A stretch of DNA of 63,750 nt, filler included, from Sandaracinaceae bacterium (GCA_947483975.1; 3 parts of 3 records of this genome joined end to end with filler, not necessarily neighbours in it), one strand, 5' to 3'; shown: positions 26,747-38,214, counted from the whole stretch's first letter. The notes: generated by a model from the letters alone, not told the origin. Made by a program: numbers and translations.

Positions 26747-28690
26747 GTGTCAGGCCGTGCCATCCTCGACCCGATGCGCGGCGGGTGTGCTCGATTTCTA
26801 TTCTCCGTGTCCTTACCGCTTTGCGTCTTCGTCATCGGCTGTGGCGACGACGGTGGGCCCACGGATCTCGGCGCGCGTGACCTCGGCGAGGCGGACCTCT
26901 CGACGCTCGACCTCGGCGGACCGGACGCTGGCCGAAGGGATCTCGGCGACTGCGTCGACGCCGACGGCGACGGCTACGCCTCGCACGCCTGCGGCGGGGA
27001 GGACTGCGACGACGCGGACTCTGCGCGCTACCCCGGCGCGTACGAGGTCTGCGACTCAGCCGGTCACGACGAGGACTGCGACGAGACGACGTTCGGGGAC
27101 GTCGACTTCGACGGCGATGGCGCCATTTCGGCGGCTTGCTGCGGCTTCCTCGGAGGCGCCCACGAGTGCGGGGCAGACTGTGACGACACACGCCCCGACG
27201 TCGGCTTCCGGGCGGCGCAGGAGATCTGCGACGGCATCGACAACGACTGCGACGGCCTCGTCGACGAGACCTCGGCGGCGATCCCTTGGTACCGCGACCT
27301 CGACGGTGATGGCTTCGGCGACGCGAGCGCGCCGACGACCCTCTCGTGCGCCGCGCCGAGCGGCTACGCGGTCGTGCCCTTCGACTGCGATGATCGCTCG
27401 TCCGCGGTCAGCCCGACCGCGCCCGAGGTGTGCAACGGGCGCGACGACGACTGCGACGCTCTCGTCGACGAGGGAGGCGTGTGCGGCGGCGCGCTGGACG
27501 GCGGTGTCGCCGATGGCGGCAGCGTCGACGGGGGCAGCGTCGATGCGGGCGCGGACCCTTGCGCGCGCTGCGTCTGGTCCTGCGTCGCGGAGCGCTGCGA
27601 CGACCCGATTCGCCTCGGCACGCACGGCTTCGGTGGCTGCGCGGTGCGAGAGCGAGGCGACGTCGCGTGCTGGGGCAGCAACTCCGACGGGCAGGTCGGC
27701 TTCGGCTCCGGGATCAGCTGGGCACGCCCCGTCCCCATCGCGCTGACGGACGTCGTGCAGGTGGCCGGGGGCTACCTGCACACATGCGCGCTCACCGCGG
27801 CCGGAGTGCTCTACTGCTGGGGCGACAACTCCCGCGGTCAGCTCGGCGTGGGCGACCTGGTCGACCGCCTGACGCCGGAGCCCGTCAGCATCGAAGCCGA
27901 CGTGATCGAGGTGACCGCGGGCGGCTATCACACCTGCGCGCGTCGGCGCACTGGCGAGCTCGATTGTTGGGGTGCCAACGACTCCGGGCAGCTCGGCCTC
28001 GACAGCCTGGACACGGAGCGCGTGTGGCCGAGCATCGTGCTCGCGCCCACCGGGACCACCGCGCTTTCCGGCGTCGTCTTCGTGCGCGCCGGCGGCGAGC
28101 ACACCTGCGCGTCGACCGGCGCTGAGCTCTATTGCTGGGGCGCGAACGGCTCCGGGCAGCTCGGCGTCGGCGACACGACGCCGCGCGCGCGCCCCGCGCT
28201 GACGGCGCTGCCGCGTACGCCCGTCTCGCTCGCGACGGGCACGGAGCACACCTGCGCGATCGATCGGCTCGGTCATCTGTACTGCTGGGGTCGCGGCACG
28301 AGCGGAGCGCTCGGCTCGGCCTTGGCGGCGAACGCCTCGCGCCCTCAGCTCGTCACGACGACGCGCTTCGCGGCCCCCGTCGAGGTCGCGGCGGGCGCTT
28401 ATCACACCTGCGTGCGCCTCCGGGATGGCCACGTCTGGTGCGTCGGCGCGAACGACCAATCTCAGCTCGGTGATGGCGCGCGCTGCTCCATCGCGCTCGG
28501 CGAGTCGTGCACGATCGACTGGGTGCCGACGCTGATCGCGAACGTGGTGTCGCTCTCGGCGATGTCCGAGGGGATGTGCGCGTTCCTCGCGACCGGTCAG
28601 CTCGAGTGCTGGGGGCGCAATTCGTATGGCGCGCTCGGAGTCGGGGACGACGCGGTGTACACGCAGCCGCAGCTCGTCCTGCCGCCCTGA
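26747..28690 (+). CDS. Surface lipoprotein with Cys/Asp-rich (DCDD..E.CDGIDNDCDG) repeats and RCC1-like beta-propeller
   Basis: Lipobox-like VIGC, repeated DCDD/NDCDG motifs, about 7 HTCA..CWG.N..GQLG repeats; start could be 26774. Confidence 0.85.
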   Translation: MSGRAILDPMRGGCARFLFSVSLPLCVFVIGCGDDGGPTDLGARDLGEADLSTLDLGGPDAGRRDLGDCVDADGDGYASHACGGEDCDDADSARYPGAYEVCDSAGHDEDCDETTFGDVDFDGDGAISAACCGFLGGAHECGADCDDTRPDVGFRAAQEICDGIDNDCDGLVDETSAAIPWYRDLDGDGFGDASAPTTLSCAAPSGYAVVPFDCDDRSSAVSPTAPEVCNGRDDDCDALVDEGGVCGGALDGGVADGGSVDGGSVDAGADPCARCVWSCVAERCDDPIRLGTHGFGGCAVRERGDVACWGSNSDGQVGFGSGISWARPVPIALTDVVQVAGGYLHTCALTAAGVLYCWGDNSRGQLGVGDLVDRLTPEPVSIEADVIEVTAGGYHTCARRRTGELDCWGANDSGQLGLDSLDTERVWPSIVLAPTGTTALSGVVFVRAGGEHTCASTGAELYCWGANGSGQLGVGDTTPRARPALTALPRTPVSLATGTEHTCAIDRLGHLYCWGRGTSGALGSALAANASRPQLVTTTRFAAPVEVAAGAYHTCVRLRDGHVWCVGANDQSQLGDGARCSIALGESCTIDWVPTLIANVVSLSAMSEGMCAFLATGQLECWGRNSYGALGVGDDAVYTQPQLVLPP

Positions 28691-28703
28691 AGCGCGCCCG
28701 TCC

Positions 28704-29633
28704 TCAGTGCGGCCAGAGCACCTTCGGCAGGCCCGTCGTCTGCAGGAGCGCGGCGACGTCCATGCTCACGGCGATGCCGACGTGGATCATGATGCCGCCC
28801 CAGATCGAGCGCGTGCGCATCGCGAGCGTGCCGAGCGCGAGGCCCGCGAAGATCGCGCCGAGCGTCTCGGGCAGCGGCTTGCCGTAGTGGATCATGCAGT
28901 ACGGCACGATCATCGCGAGCACTGCGCCCGAGCCCATCTGCGTCTTGCAGGCGCGCAGCCAGAAGCCGCGGAAGAAGAACTCGAGGGAGAAGAACTGCGC
29001 GGCGTAGAGGCACTCCCACATCGCGAAGTCGCCCCACGAGCGCGAGGCGTGATCGTAGAACGGATAGTGCGTCGAGAACGCGCGCGTGTAGCTCACGGCG
29101 ACGACGCCCACGAGCACGATGCAATAGAAGACCCCGTAGACCCAGAGGTGCTTCTGAAAGCCGCGCCCGCGCAGCCCGTATTCGTTCAGCGGCGCCTTGA
29201 ACACGAACTTCACGACGAGCGCCGGCACGATGAAGTAGCCGAGCACGCGCCAGCCCGACCAGTACACGAACGTGAAGAGCTCGAAGAACTGCGAGTCGCG
29301 CGCTTCAGCCCAGAGGCTGTGTTCGCCGTAGCTGTCGATCAGGGAGGAGAGCAGCTTCTCGAAGGTCGGGCGGTGCCCGATGTACTCCATCGCCGTCAGC
29401 ATCAGCGCGCCGACGACCATCGCGATCAGCGGGCGCCAGTCGTGCCCGGCCTTGCGCTCCTCGCGCGCCCGGCGCTCGTCTGCGGCCTCCGCGTCGAGGA
29501 CGCGCCAAGACGCGAGGAAGAAGCGCCGCGGATCGAGGTCGCGCAGCGTCGTCAGGAACGAGTCGTCGTCGGGCTCGAGCGCGACCGTCGCCGACTCGGT
29601 GTTGCGCGCCGGACGCTTCTTCGCGCCGGCCAT
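28704..29633 (-). CDS. CPBP (CAAX/Abi) intramembrane glutamic protease
   Basis: LEFFFRGF, MIHYGKP, SIWGGIMIH motifs; start overlaps gltX stop (TGATG). Confidence 0.85.
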   Translation of the reverse strand: MAGAKKRPARNTESATVALEPDDDSFLTTLRDLDPRRFFLASWRVLDAEAADERRAREERKAGHDWRPLIAMVVGALMLTAMEYIGHRPTFEKLLSSLIDSYGEHSLWAEARDSQFFELFTFVYWSGWRVLGYFIVPALVVKFVFKAPLNEYGLRGRGFQKHLWVYGVFYCIVLVGVVAVSYTRAFSTHYPFYDHASRSWGDFAMWECLYAAQFFSLEFFFRGFWLRACKTQMGSGAVLAMIVPYCMIHYGKPLPETLGAIFAGLALGTLAMRTRSIWGGIMIHVGIAVSMDVAALLQTTGLPKVLWPH

Positions 29634-31066
29634 CAGGCGCCCTGCGCGAGCTCGTGACCGCGGCGGAGGCGCGCGACGGTGCGCTCCTCGCCGAGCACCT
29701 GCATCACCTCGAAGAGGCCCGGGCTCTGCGCGCGCCCCGTGAGCGCGACGCGCGCCGCCTGCGCGACGTCCTTGATCTGCAGCCCCTCGGCGGCGAGCCA
29801 CGCGGTGATCTTCGCCTCGAGCGTCGCGTGATCGAACGGCGTCGTGCCCTCGACGAGCGTCGCCAGCGCCTCGAGCCGCGCGGCGTTCGCGGGGACGAGG
29901 AACTTCTCCTTCGCCTTCGCGTCGAAGACCGGCGGCTCGCGGAAGTAGAAGTCGACCATGTCCGCGACGTCCACGAACGTCGCCGCGCGCGCCTTCACGG
30001 TGCCGACCGCCGCGGCGAGCCGAGGCTCGTCCGCCGCGACGACGAGCCCGCGCTTCTCGAGGAAGGGCAGCGCGTGCTCCGCCAGCGTCGCGTCGTCGAG
30101 CGCGCGCAGGTGCTCCGTCTGCACGTAGAGGAACTTCTTCGCGTCGTACTTGCCCGCGGTGTGCCCGCAGTGATCCCAGCCGAAGTGCTCGATCAGCTCG
30201 GCGCGCGAGAAGATCTCCTGATCGCCGTGCGACCAGCCGAGCCGCGCGAGGTAGTTGAGCACCGCGTCCGGCAGATAGCCGAGCTCTGCGTACTCGAGCG
30301 CGCTGACCGCCGCGTGCCGCTTGCTGAGCTTCTCGCCGTTCGGCGCGAGGATCATCGGGAGATGCGCGAGGCTCGGCACCGGATAGCCGAGCGCCTCGTA
30401 GATCAAGATCTGCGGCGGCGTGTTGACGACGTGATCATCGCCGCGCGCGACGAGGTTGATGTTCATCGTCACGTCGTCGACGACCGCACCGAAATTGTAG
30501 AGCGGCACGCCGTCGTTGCGGAGCAGAATGAAGTCCTGCTGCGCGTCGTTCGGCACGTCGATGCGCCCCTTGACGAGGTCGTCCCAGCCCGTCGTGCCGC
30601 TCGTCGGCGCGCGGAAGCGGACGACGTACGGCAGGTCCGGCTGAGCGGTGCGTCGGCTGCACGTGCCCGGGTAGCGGAACGAGTGCTTCGCGCCGGTCGC
30701 CTCGTGCGCCGCGCGCGCCGCGCCGAGCTCTTCCTTCGTGCAGAAGCAGCGATACGCGTGCCCCGACGCGATCAGCTGCTCGGCGTGCGCGTGGTAGAGC
30801 GCGAGGCGCTCCGTCTGAAAATACGGGCCGTTCGGCCCGCCGATGCCGGGGCCCTCGTCCCAGTCGAGGCCGAGCCACTTCATCGAGTCGAAGATGGCCT
30901 GCACGCTCTCGGCGGTGTTCCGGCCGCGGTCGGTGTCCTCGATGCGGAGGATGAACTTCCCTCCGACCTTGCGCGCCCAGAGCCAGTTGAAGAGGGCGGT
31001 GCGGGCACCGCCGATGTGCAGATACCCCGTCGGTGACGGGGCAAAGCGAACGCGGACGTCGGACAT
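29633..31066 (-). CDS. gltX: Glutamate--tRNA ligase
   Basis: RFAPSPTGYLHIGG (HIGH), RIEDTD, KLSKR; start reassigned to 31066. Confidence 0.97.
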   Translation of the reverse strand: MSDVRVRFAPSPTGYLHIGGARTALFNWLWARKVGGKFILRIEDTDRGRNTAESVQAIFDSMKWLGLDWDEGPGIGGPNGPYFQTERLALYHAHAEQLIASGHAYRCFCTKEELGAARAAHEATGAKHSFRYPGTCSRRTAQPDLPYVVRFRAPTSGTTGWDDLVKGRIDVPNDAQQDFILLRNDGVPLYNFGAVVDDVTMNINLVARGDDHVVNTPPQILIYEALGYPVPSLAHLPMILAPNGEKLSKRHAAVSALEYAELGYLPDAVLNYLARLGWSHGDQEIFSRAELIEHFGWDHCGHTAGKYDAKKFLYVQTEHLRALDDATLAEHALPFLEKRGLVVAADEPRLAAAVGTVKARAATFVDVADMVDFYFREPPVFDAKAKEKFLVPANAARLEALATLVEGTTPFDHATLEAKITAWLAAEGLQIKDVAQAARVALTGRAQSPGLFEVMQVLGEERTVARLRRGHELAQGA

Positions 31067-31161
31067 GGGAGGGCGACTATACGGAGGAATCGCCCGGCGT
31101 CGAGAGTGCCGCGCGCAGAGGCTCCCGGGAGGCCGACGCGCAGCGGCGCGCCCCGAGCGCC

Positions 31162-32106
31162 TCAGAGGGTCGGCGGCGCCAAGCTCGCGGCCGAAGGACC
31201 GTCGCTGACGACGCGGTTGCGCCCTCCGTGCTTGGCCGCGTAGAGCGCGCGGTCTGCGCACGCGACCAGCTCGGCGGTGGAGCCCGGCTCGGTCGGGATC
31301 AGCGTCGCCGCGCCGAGGCTCGTCGTGACGATCGCCGCCGTGCGCGAGCCGGCGTGCGGCAGCCCCAACGCCTCGACGGCGCCGCGCATCCGCTCGGCGA
31401 CGAGGGCCGCTGCGGCCGCGTTGGTGTCGGGCAAGACGGCGGCGAACTCCTCCCCGCCGTAGCGGCAGAGCAGGTCTCCTCCGCGCCCGACCGCGCCGCT
31501 CAGCGCCGCGGCGATCCGCCTCAGGCAGTCGTCCCCCGCGAGGTGTCCGTAGGCGTCGTTGAAGAGCTTGAAATGATCCACGTCCATCATCAGCACCGAG
31601 AGCGGCGCGCCGCTGCGCGTCGCCCGGCGCCACTCGCGCTCGATCAGCTCGTTGAAGCTGCGCCGATTGGGGATGCCCGTCAGCCCGTCGATCGACGAGA
31701 GGTTGCGCAGCAGGTCGCGCGCTCGCTTCAGCTCGAGGTGCGTGCGCACCCGCGCCTGCGCGACCGCCACGGAGAACGGCTTGGTGATGTAGTCCACGGC
31801 GCCCGCCTCGAGCCCCGCCGCCTCGTCCTCCACGTCGGTGCGCGCCGTCAGGAAGATGACCGGGATGTCCTCGGTCTCGGGTGCCGCGCGCAGCCTGCGC
31901 AGCACCTCGTAGCCGTCCATCTCGGGCATCACGACGTCGAGCAAGATCAGCTGCGGCCGCGGCTCCTTCGCCGCCATGCGCAGCGCGTCCTCGCCGTTCG
32001 TCGCGACCAGCACCTGATGCTCGCCGCGCAGCGCCGCGCCGATGATCTTGATGTTCTGGAGCGAGTCGTCGACCACCAGAATTCGGGACTTCTCTTCGGC
32101 GCTCAT
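31162..32106 (-). CDS. Response regulator diguanylate cyclase (REC-GGDEF, WspR-like)
   Basis: REC (VVDD, LLDVVMP, KP), DGLTG.PNRR, DVDHFK.FND.YGH..GD, I-site RGGD, GGEEF; start 32106. Confidence 0.94.
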   Translation of the reverse strand: MSAEEKSRILVVDDSLQNIKIIGAALRGEHQVLVATNGEDALRMAAKEPRPQLILLDVVMPEMDGYEVLRRLRAAPETEDIPVIFLTARTDVEDEAAGLEAGAVDYITKPFSVAVAQARVRTHLELKRARDLLRNLSSIDGLTGIPNRRSFNELIEREWRRATRSGAPLSVLMMDVDHFKLFNDAYGHLAGDDCLRRIAAALSGAVGRGGDLLCRYGGEEFAAVLPDTNAAAAALVAERMRGAVEALGLPHAGSRTAAIVTTSLGAATLIPTEPGSTAELVACADRALYAAKHGGRNRVVSDGPSAASLAPPTL

Positions 32107-35087
32107 GCGTCCTCCTCCGAGCCGTAGGCCGCGAGCCCGAGCGCCTCTTGCAACCCCATCAGGGTCGCGAGCGCGCCCTCGAAGTCGAAGGTGCCGACCT
32201 GCTGAGTCAGGGTCGCGGCGGCCGCGCCGTGCACCGTCCCGCGGAGGAACTGCCCGAGCTTCTCTGCGGTCTCCTCCGCGTCGAACGCCTGCTCGCCGAG
32301 TTGCTCGCGGAGGCGCGCGGCGAGCGGCGCCAAGAGCGCTGCCTCCGGGGCGTCCCGCGGCGCTGCCGAGACTTGCGCCTCGGGCTCGTCGTCGCCCTTC
32401 AGGATCGCGGCCGCGCGGAGCACCTGCGCGAGGCACACGGCGACCCTCTCCGTCACCTCGAGCGGGACCGCGCTCGCGTCGGCGATGGCGGCCGACTCCC
32501 ACGCCACGGCCGCCTGGTAGAGGTCGATCGCCGAGAGATTCCCGGCGGAGCCTTTGAACGTGTGCAGCAAGCGGAGCGCGAGCGCCGCGTCGCCCGCCGC
32601 GAAGGCCCTCGCGACCTCGGCGACGAGGTCGGCGTAAGTCTCCGCGAAGCCGATGAGGAGCTGCCGCAGCAGGCTCGCGTTCCCCGCGAGCCTCCTCAGC
32701 GCGCTCGGCACGTCGATGCCGGGCAGCTGCTCCGGCAGCCCACCTTGGCCGGGCTTCGCGGGCCGCGTCGAGGCGCGCGCCGGCGCGACGGAGCCTCGCG
32801 GCGGTAGCCTCGAAGGTCGCCCCTGCGGCGGGATCCAGCGGCGCAGCGCGTCGAAGAGATGATCGACGTCGATCGGCTTCGTCACGTAGTCGCTCATCCC
32901 CGCCTCGAGGCACTTCTCGCGGTCGCCCTTCATCGCGTGCGCGGTCATCGCGATGATCGGCAGGTCCTTGTGCCGCGGCTCCGAGCGGATGACGTTCGTC
33001 GCCTCGAAGCCGTCCATCTCCGGCATCTGCACGTCCATCAGCACCGCGTGGAACGTCGCCTTGCTCACCGCGACCACGGCTTCGTGGCCGTTGCGCGCGA
33101 TCGTGACCACGAGCCCCGCACCCTCGAGCAGCTCCGTCGCGACCTGCAGGTTGATCGCGTTGTCCTCCGCGAGGAGCACGCGCGCGCCCCCGAGATGGGC
33201 CCGAATCGCGTCGTCGCCCGCCCCCCGATGCCGCGGCCGAACGGTCTCCTGGGGTTTGCCGAAGACCTCCATGATCGTGTCGAAGAGCATCGACTGCTTG
33301 ATCGGCTTGAACAGGAACGCCTCGACGCCGACCGCCTCCGCGCGCCGGATGTCCTCATCGCGGCCGAACGCCGTCATCATGATGATGTGCGCGTCGGCGG
33401 TCCTCGGATTGCCCTTCAGGATCGCCGACGCGCTGATGCCGTCGAGCTCGGGCATCCGCCAGTCCATGATGATCAAGTCGTAGGGAGTGTCGGTGTCGGC
33501 ACCCGCCCGGACCGCCTGAACAGCAGCATTTCCGGAGCTCACATCGGTGCACTCGAGGCCGAAGGACCCGAGCATCTCGCTGACGATCAGCCGCGAAGTG
33601 TCGTTGTCGTCGACGATGAGCGCGCGCATTCCGCGGACGTCCACCGGCAGCGCGAAGCTCGTCTCGAGCTCCAGACTCTGACGCTCGAGCGTCACGACGA
33701 AGAAGAACGTGCTGCCGTGTCCGGGCGTGCTCTCGACGTCGATCTTCCCGCCCATCAACTCCACGAGGTTGCGGCAGATGGCGAGTCCGAGGCCCGTCCC
33801 ACCGTATTTGCGGGTCGTCGACGTGTCCGCCTGCATGAACGGCTGAAACAGCCCAGCGACCTGCGCGGGGGTCATCCCGATACCCTGGTCCGACACCGAG
33901 AATCGAACGGTCGCCCGCGTGTCGCTCGACTCGAGGCACTCGATCTTCACGACGACCTCGCCCTCGTCGGTGAACTTGATCGCGTTCGTCGTGAGGTTGA
34001 TCAGCACCTGCCCGAGCCGCAGCGGGTCGCCGAGGAGCGCGCGAGGCACGGAGTCGTCCATCGCGAGGATCAGCTCGATGTTCTTCGCCGAGGCCCTGCC
34101 GCTGAAGAGATCGGAGAGCCCCTCGAGCAGCCCCCTCAGATCGAACGTCGTACTCTCGAGCTCGAGTCGCCCGGCCTCGATCTTCGAGAAGTCGAGGATG
34201 TCGTTGATCAGGTCGAGCAGGGAGTGCGCAGAGCTCTTGATGACGTCGACGTAGTTGCGAATCTTCGGCGCGAGCTCTTGCTTGGAGGCCAGCCCGGACA
34301 TCCCGATGATCGCGTTCATCGGAGTGCGAATCTCGTGGCTCATGTTGGCGAGGAACTCGCCCTTCGAGCGGTCTGCCGCCTGCGCGCGCGCTCGCGCATC
34401 CTCCGCTTCGGTCACGAGCCGCGCGTTCTCGAGCGCGATGGACGCGAGCTGCGCGAAGCGCTCGAGCATCTCGACGGAGGTGGAGTCGAACGTCTTGCCG
34501 GTGCCGCGCTCGTGCATCAGCCCGATGACGCCGCTCACGCCCCGCGGTCCCGGCAGCGGCACGGCGACCACCGCCTCGAGCAGCTCGTCGTCTACCTCGC
34601 CGCCCTGCTCGCTCCAGTCTCGATAGTCAGTCAGCAGGAGCGGGCGCTCGGTGCTCCAGACGTGCGTCGAGCAGCGCGTATGGGCCGTCGAGTCGCTCCT
34701 GCCCGCGGCGCGAAAGAGGCCGAAGCCCGAGCGGTGCTCGAGCGTGCCGTCCTCCTCGCGCAGCAGGCAGAGGAAGCCGTGCCGCGCGTCGAAGAGCGCG
34801 GCCGCGCGCCCGAGCAGATCGTGCAGCAGCTGCGCAGGATCCGTCCGACGGATGAGCGCGGGAGTCGCCTGGTTCAGCGCGTCGAGGAAGTGCTTCTGTC
34901 GATTCTCGGCGACGACGCGCGCCTCGAGCTGCGTCAGCAGCTCCTCCATCTTGACGAACTGCGCGACGACGAGCTTCGCGGAGATCTCCGATGCGCGCCG
35001 CGACACGCGCACCTCCTCGAGCAGCAGCGCGTTCTCGTCGACCAACTCCTCGTAGGTGCGCGGACGTCGGTTCGGTCGAGCGGTCAC
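32103..35087 (-). CDS. Soluble hybrid histidine kinase (helical N-term-GAF-HisKA-HATPase-REC-REC-Hpt)
   Basis: GAF ending [40 protein letters not shown], two intact receivers, Hpt LHTFKG; no TM or PAS seen. Confidence 0.94.
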   Translation of the reverse strand: MTARPNRRPRTYEELVDENALLLEEVRVSRRASEISAKLVVAQFVKMEELLTQLEARVVAENRQKHFLDALNQATPALIRRTDPAQLLHDLLGRAAALFDARHGFLCLLREEDGTLEHRSGFGLFRAAGRSDSTAHTRCSTHVWSTERPLLLTDYRDWSEQGGEVDDELLEAVVAVPLPGPRGVSGVIGLMHERGTGKTFDSTSVEMLERFAQLASIALENARLVTEAEDARARAQAADRSKGEFLANMSHEIRTPMNAIIGMSGLASKQELAPKIRNYVDVIKSSAHSLLDLINDILDFSKIEAGRLELESTTFDLRGLLEGLSDLFSGRASAKNIELILAMDDSVPRALLGDPLRLGQVLINLTTNAIKFTDEGEVVVKIECLESSDTRATVRFSVSDQGIGMTPAQVAGLFQPFMQADTSTTRKYGGTGLGLAICRNLVELMGGKIDVESTPGHGSTFFFVVTLERQSLELETSFALPVDVRGMRALIVDDNDTSRLIVSEMLGSFGLECTDVSSGNAAVQAVRAGADTDTPYDLIIMDWRMPELDGISASAILKGNPRTADAHIIMMTAFGRDEDIRRAEAVGVEAFLFKPIKQSMLFDTIMEVFGKPQETVRPRHRGAGDDAIRAHLGGARVLLAEDNAINLQVATELLEGAGLVVTIARNGHEAVVAVSKATFHAVLMDVQMPEMDGFEATNVIRSEPRHKDLPIIAMTAHAMKGDREKCLEAGMSDYVTKPIDVDHLFDALRRWIPPQGRPSRLPPRGSVAPARASTRPAKPGQGGLPEQLPGIDVPSALRRLAGNASLLRQLLIGFAETYADLVAEVARAFAAGDAALALRLLHTFKGSAGNLSAIDLYQAAVAWESAAIADASAVPLEVTERVAVCLAQVLRAAAILKGDDEPEAQVSAAPRDAPEAALLAPLAARLREQLGEQAFDAEETAEKLGQFLRGTVHGAAAATLTQQVGTFDFEGALATLMGLQEALGLAAYGSEEDA

Positions 35088-35536
35088 GACGACACCTCCG
35101 AGCCTCGACTCGCGGTCGGCTCGGCGAGCAGCCGCAGCGCGAGCGTGGCGGCGCGCTCGAGCACGTCGCGGCCGTGCGCGCCCTGAACGCCCACGATCCC
35201 GATGGACGGCGTCGGCGTATCGAGCACGAGCGGCATCGCCTTCAGCAGGTATGGCAGCCCCGCCGCGTGGTCGAAGCCGCTGCTCGCCAAGGCCGCGACG
35301 CGCGCGGGGTCGAGCGTCACGACGTCCGCGTCGGGCGGCGCGAGGCCGACCGTCGAGTCCACGAAGACGACGCGCTCGGTGCCCTCGAGAAAGCGCAGCA
35401 GGCCGAGCCCGCCGAGCCCGCCATCGATCACCTCGACGCCCTCCGGGAGCGCGCGCGCCGAGAGCAACGCGAACACCTTGGGCCCCGCGTCGTCGCCCTC
35501 GAACAGCGCATTTCCCAGGCAGATGATGCGTCTCAC
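35084..35536 (-). CDS. Hydrogenase maturation endopeptidase (HyaD/HybD family)
   Basis: [32 protein letters not shown] start overlaps the large-subunit stop. Confidence 0.88.
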   Translation of the reverse strand: MRRIICLGNALFEGDDAGPKVFALLSARALPEGVEVIDGGLGGLGLLRFLEGTERVVFVDSTVGLAPPDADVVTLDPARVAALASSGFDHAAGLPYLLKAMPLVLDTPTPSIGIVGVQGAHGRDVLERAATLALRLLAEPTASRGSEVSS

Positions 35537-37080
35537 GGGGAGCCGCCCACCACGACGCGCCCGAGCGGGCGGTCGTCCGGCCCGATCGTGTGCACGCTGC
35601 AGACGAGGCACGGGTCGAACGAACGCACGACGTGCCCGAGCTCCACCGGGTTCTCGGGATCGGCGACGCGCGTCCCCACCAGGGCCTCCTCGAGCGGACC
35701 GCGCACGCCCTCGCTGTCGCGCGGAGAGGCGTTCCAGGCGGTCGGCGTGATCACCTGATAGTGGCTGATCTGGCCGCCCTCCACCTTGATCCAGTGTCCG
35801 AGCGCGCCGCGCGACGCTTGGGTCGTGCCGAAGCCCTCACCGTCCTCGATAGGCTCGACGGCCGCGAGAAACCCCTCCTCGCCGGTAGTCTCGGTCAGCC
35901 AGGTGTCCATGGCGCCGAGCAGCGTCGCCGGCCGCACCAAGCGCGCCAGTTGCCGAGTGAGGGTGTTGGGCCCGAGCTTCGCCACGAGGTCCACGAAGAG
36001 CGGAAACGCCGCGACGAGTGCCTCGGCGAGAGGGCCAGTCTCGGACGGTTTGCGTCGGTATCGCGGCGCCTTCGCCCACGAGTACTTCGTGCCATCGCGC
36101 CCCGTCGCGTTCGGCTTCGTCTCCCCGTGAAACGGGTGTTTCCCGCCGCGGTAGTCCTCGTACCAAGAGTGCGATACGTGCTCGACGACCTCGGCTTGAT
36201 CGAAAGGCTCGTTGAGGGCCCCGTGGACGAAGCCCGCGGGCACCAAGAAGCCCGAGCTCGTCGGGCCCCGCACGGCGGAGTCAGCCGGGATCGGCAGCGC
36301 GCCGAAGCAAAGGAAATTGCCCGGTCCTGCGCCCGTTCGCTCGAGCCCCGCCTCGCGCCCGAAGCGCAGGAGAAACCCCAGGTCGCTGTTCGCGTGCGCG
36401 GGCGACTCGGCGAGCCAAGCGTCGAGCGCTGCGGCGCTGTCCACGCGCTGCCAGCGCTCGACGGTACAGCCGAGCACCTGCGACTCGTACCAGAGGCGCG
36501 CCTGCTGCAGGATCTGCCGACAGAGCATCAGATCCGTCGGTGCCGGCACGCACGCCACGCCCCCCGGGACCATGTAGGCCGAGTGCGGCCACTGCCCCCC
36601 GAGGATCGCGACGATCTCGAGGATTCGCTTGCTCGCCCGTAGCGTGCCGAGCGCCGAGGAGCCCGCGAAGGGCTGATAGCGCTCCACCGCCTCTCGATAG
36701 AGCGAGTGCTTGGCGTACGCGGGATTCGCGAAGTCCACCGCGAACATCAGCAGGCCGTGCCGCACGTCGTTCTGAAAGTGCTCCGCCATCAGCGCGAGGT
36801 TGCGTACGCGGGTCGCGTCGGGCGGCGGCACCGCGCCGCTGATCGCGTCGAGGGCGAGCGACGCGACGGCCAAGTGCGCCGTGCTGCACAGACCGCAGAT
36901 GCGCGGCGTGATGACGAGGGCGTCCATCGGCGCCCGGCCCCGCAGGATCGTCTCGAAGCCGCGGAACATCGTGCCCGCGGCCCACGCGTCGGTGACGACG
37001 CCGTCCTCGATCTGCGCGCGAATCTCGAGGTCGCCCTCGACTCGATTCAAGGGAACGTCGATGGTGATGGAGGTGGCCAC
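35533..37080 (-). CDS. [NiFe]-hydrogenase large subunit, HupV-like (group 2, probably 2c)
   Basis: [14 protein letters not shown]1 [31 protein letters not shown]2 DPCLVCSVH plus 18-aa extension. Confidence 0.93.
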   Translation of the reverse strand: MATSITIDVPLNRVEGDLEIRAQIEDGVVTDAWAAGTMFRGFETILRGRAPMDALVITPRICGLCSTAHLAVASLALDAISGAVPPPDATRVRNLALMAEHFQNDVRHGLLMFAVDFANPAYAKHSLYREAVERYQPFAGSSALGTLRASKRILEIVAILGGQWPHSAYMVPGGVACVPAPTDLMLCRQILQQARLWYESQVLGCTVERWQRVDSAAALDAWLAESPAHANSDLGFLLRFGREAGLERTGAGPGNFLCFGALPIPADSAVRGPTSSGFLVPAGFVHGALNEPFDQAEVVEHVSHSWYEDYRGGKHPFHGETKPNATGRDGTKYSWAKAPRYRRKPSETGPLAEALVAAFPLFVDLVAKLGPNTLTRQLARLVRPATLLGAMDTWLTETTGEEGFLAAVEPIEDGEGFGTTQASRGALGHWIKVEGGQISHYQVITPTAWNASPRDSEGVRGPLEEALVGTRVADPENPVELGHVVRSFDPCLVCSVHTIGPDDRPLGRVVVGGSP

Positions 37081-37096
37081 CGGTGACTCCTGGGGC

Positions 37097-38035
37097 TCAG
37101 ATTCGATTCTTGCGTTGTCGGAGGCGATCGGGCGCCGCGGCCGCGGCCATACCCTTGTAAGCGAGGTAGTGCGCGCGATCGACGCCCTCTGGGAGATCGA
37201 GCGGCACGTCCGCGATGCAGCGTGATTCGAAGAACGGATTCGGCCGCGGGAAGCTCGGACTCGTGCACCCGAAGCACGGGACTCCGACTGCCGTCTTCGA
37301 GCTACGGCGATTCCACCGCAGCTTGTTGCAGGGCCCGCGCGTCAGCGGCCCTTGGCAGCCTAGATGAAAGAACAGACAGCCACGCTTGCCGAGCGCGCTC
37401 TCTTCGATGCGGTACTCGTGGTACTCGTTGCGCACGCACCCTTGGTGCACCTGCATCCCGTACCACGCGAGCGGCCGCTGGTACTCGTCGAGGTCGAGCG
37501 GCACGTGCTGCACGAGCGCCGTCAGCGCGCCGCAGACCACGTCCGGGTGACATGGGCAGCCGGCGAGGTTGATCACCGGAAGCCCGCCCTTGGCCCGGAA
37601 GCCCGCCCCGAGAAAGCCACCCTGCCGCGCCTTGTGGAACTGCAGTCCGGTCGCCTCGATCTCCCCGTCGGTCCCGATGCCGCCGAAGGACGCGCAGGTG
37701 CCCACCGCCACCACCGCGCCCGCCTTCTGCGCGAGGCGGTGTGTCAGGTGTTTGCGCGGCTCTCCCGCGTGCGTGTCGTACATCCCCGTGCCGCCCGGCC
37801 CGCGCACGATGGAGCCCTCGACGCACAGCACGTCGAGGCGCTGCTCGCCGGACGCGATCGCCCGCAACAGGTCCGCGTGCTTCTTGGGCGAGCCGTTCGA
37901 CAGGGACGGATGCCACAGCACGTCGACGTCGAGCCCTCGCAGAAGCTCGATCAGATCCGGCGTCTCCGCGTTGAGGAGCGCCATGGAGTCCCCACCGCAT
38001 CCGCCGCCCTGCATCCAGTAGAGTGTGACCGCCAT
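37097..38035 (-). CDS. [NiFe]-hydrogenase small subunit, HupU-like, no Tat signal
   Basis: GAGGAGG RBS; starts at LYWMQGGGCGGD; WHPSLS, GTCAS, GCPCHP, HQGC, GCLF..GCQG, PCFGC; HupU-type C-terminal tail. Confidence 0.92.
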   Translation of the reverse strand: MAVTLYWMQGGGCGGDSMALLNAETPDLIELLRGLDVDVLWHPSLSNGSPKKHADLLRAIASGEQRLDVLCVEGSIVRGPGGTGMYDTHAGEPRKHLTHRLAQKAGAVVAVGTCASFGGIGTDGEIEATGLQFHKARQGGFLGAGFRAKGGLPVINLAGCPCHPDVVCGALTALVQHVPLDLDEYQRPLAWYGMQVHQGCVRNEYHEYRIEESALGKRGCLFFHLGCQGPLTRGPCNKLRWNRRSSKTAVGVPCFGCTSPSFPRPNPFFESRCIADVPLDLPEGVDRAHYLAYKGMAAAAAPDRLRQRKNRI

Positions 38036-38140
38036 CGGCTGACGTCCTCCTCGAGGCGACGCGGTCAGGACCGCCGTCGCCACGGAAAACCCTGCTCGGC
38101 GTACCTCGAGGCCTCCGGCACCGGAGAAGCAAGGACACGG

Positions 38141-38169
38141 ATTATGCCGATGTCACCAGATGGTAGCAA
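38141..38169 (-). promoter_or_regulatory. Putative sigma70 promoter of the hydrogenase-kinase-DGC operon
   Basis: Minus strand TTGCTA-17 nt-CATAAT in an AT-richer intergenic region. Confidence 0.55.
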
Positions 38170-38214
38170 GCCGTCTTACAAAATACCCGTTGGGCCTCAT
38201 AGGGCCCGCGGCCC

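Noticed and set aside
28704..29633. Myxosortase call for the CPBP protease
   Set aside because: Only generic CPBP motifs are visible, and no MYXO-CTERM substrate is evident in the window
35533..38035. Respiratory uptake (group 1) or bidirectional (group 3) hydrogenase
   Set aside because: No Tat signal, TM anchor, cytochrome b or diaphorase gene; motifs are HupUV-like and the downstream genes are signalling genes
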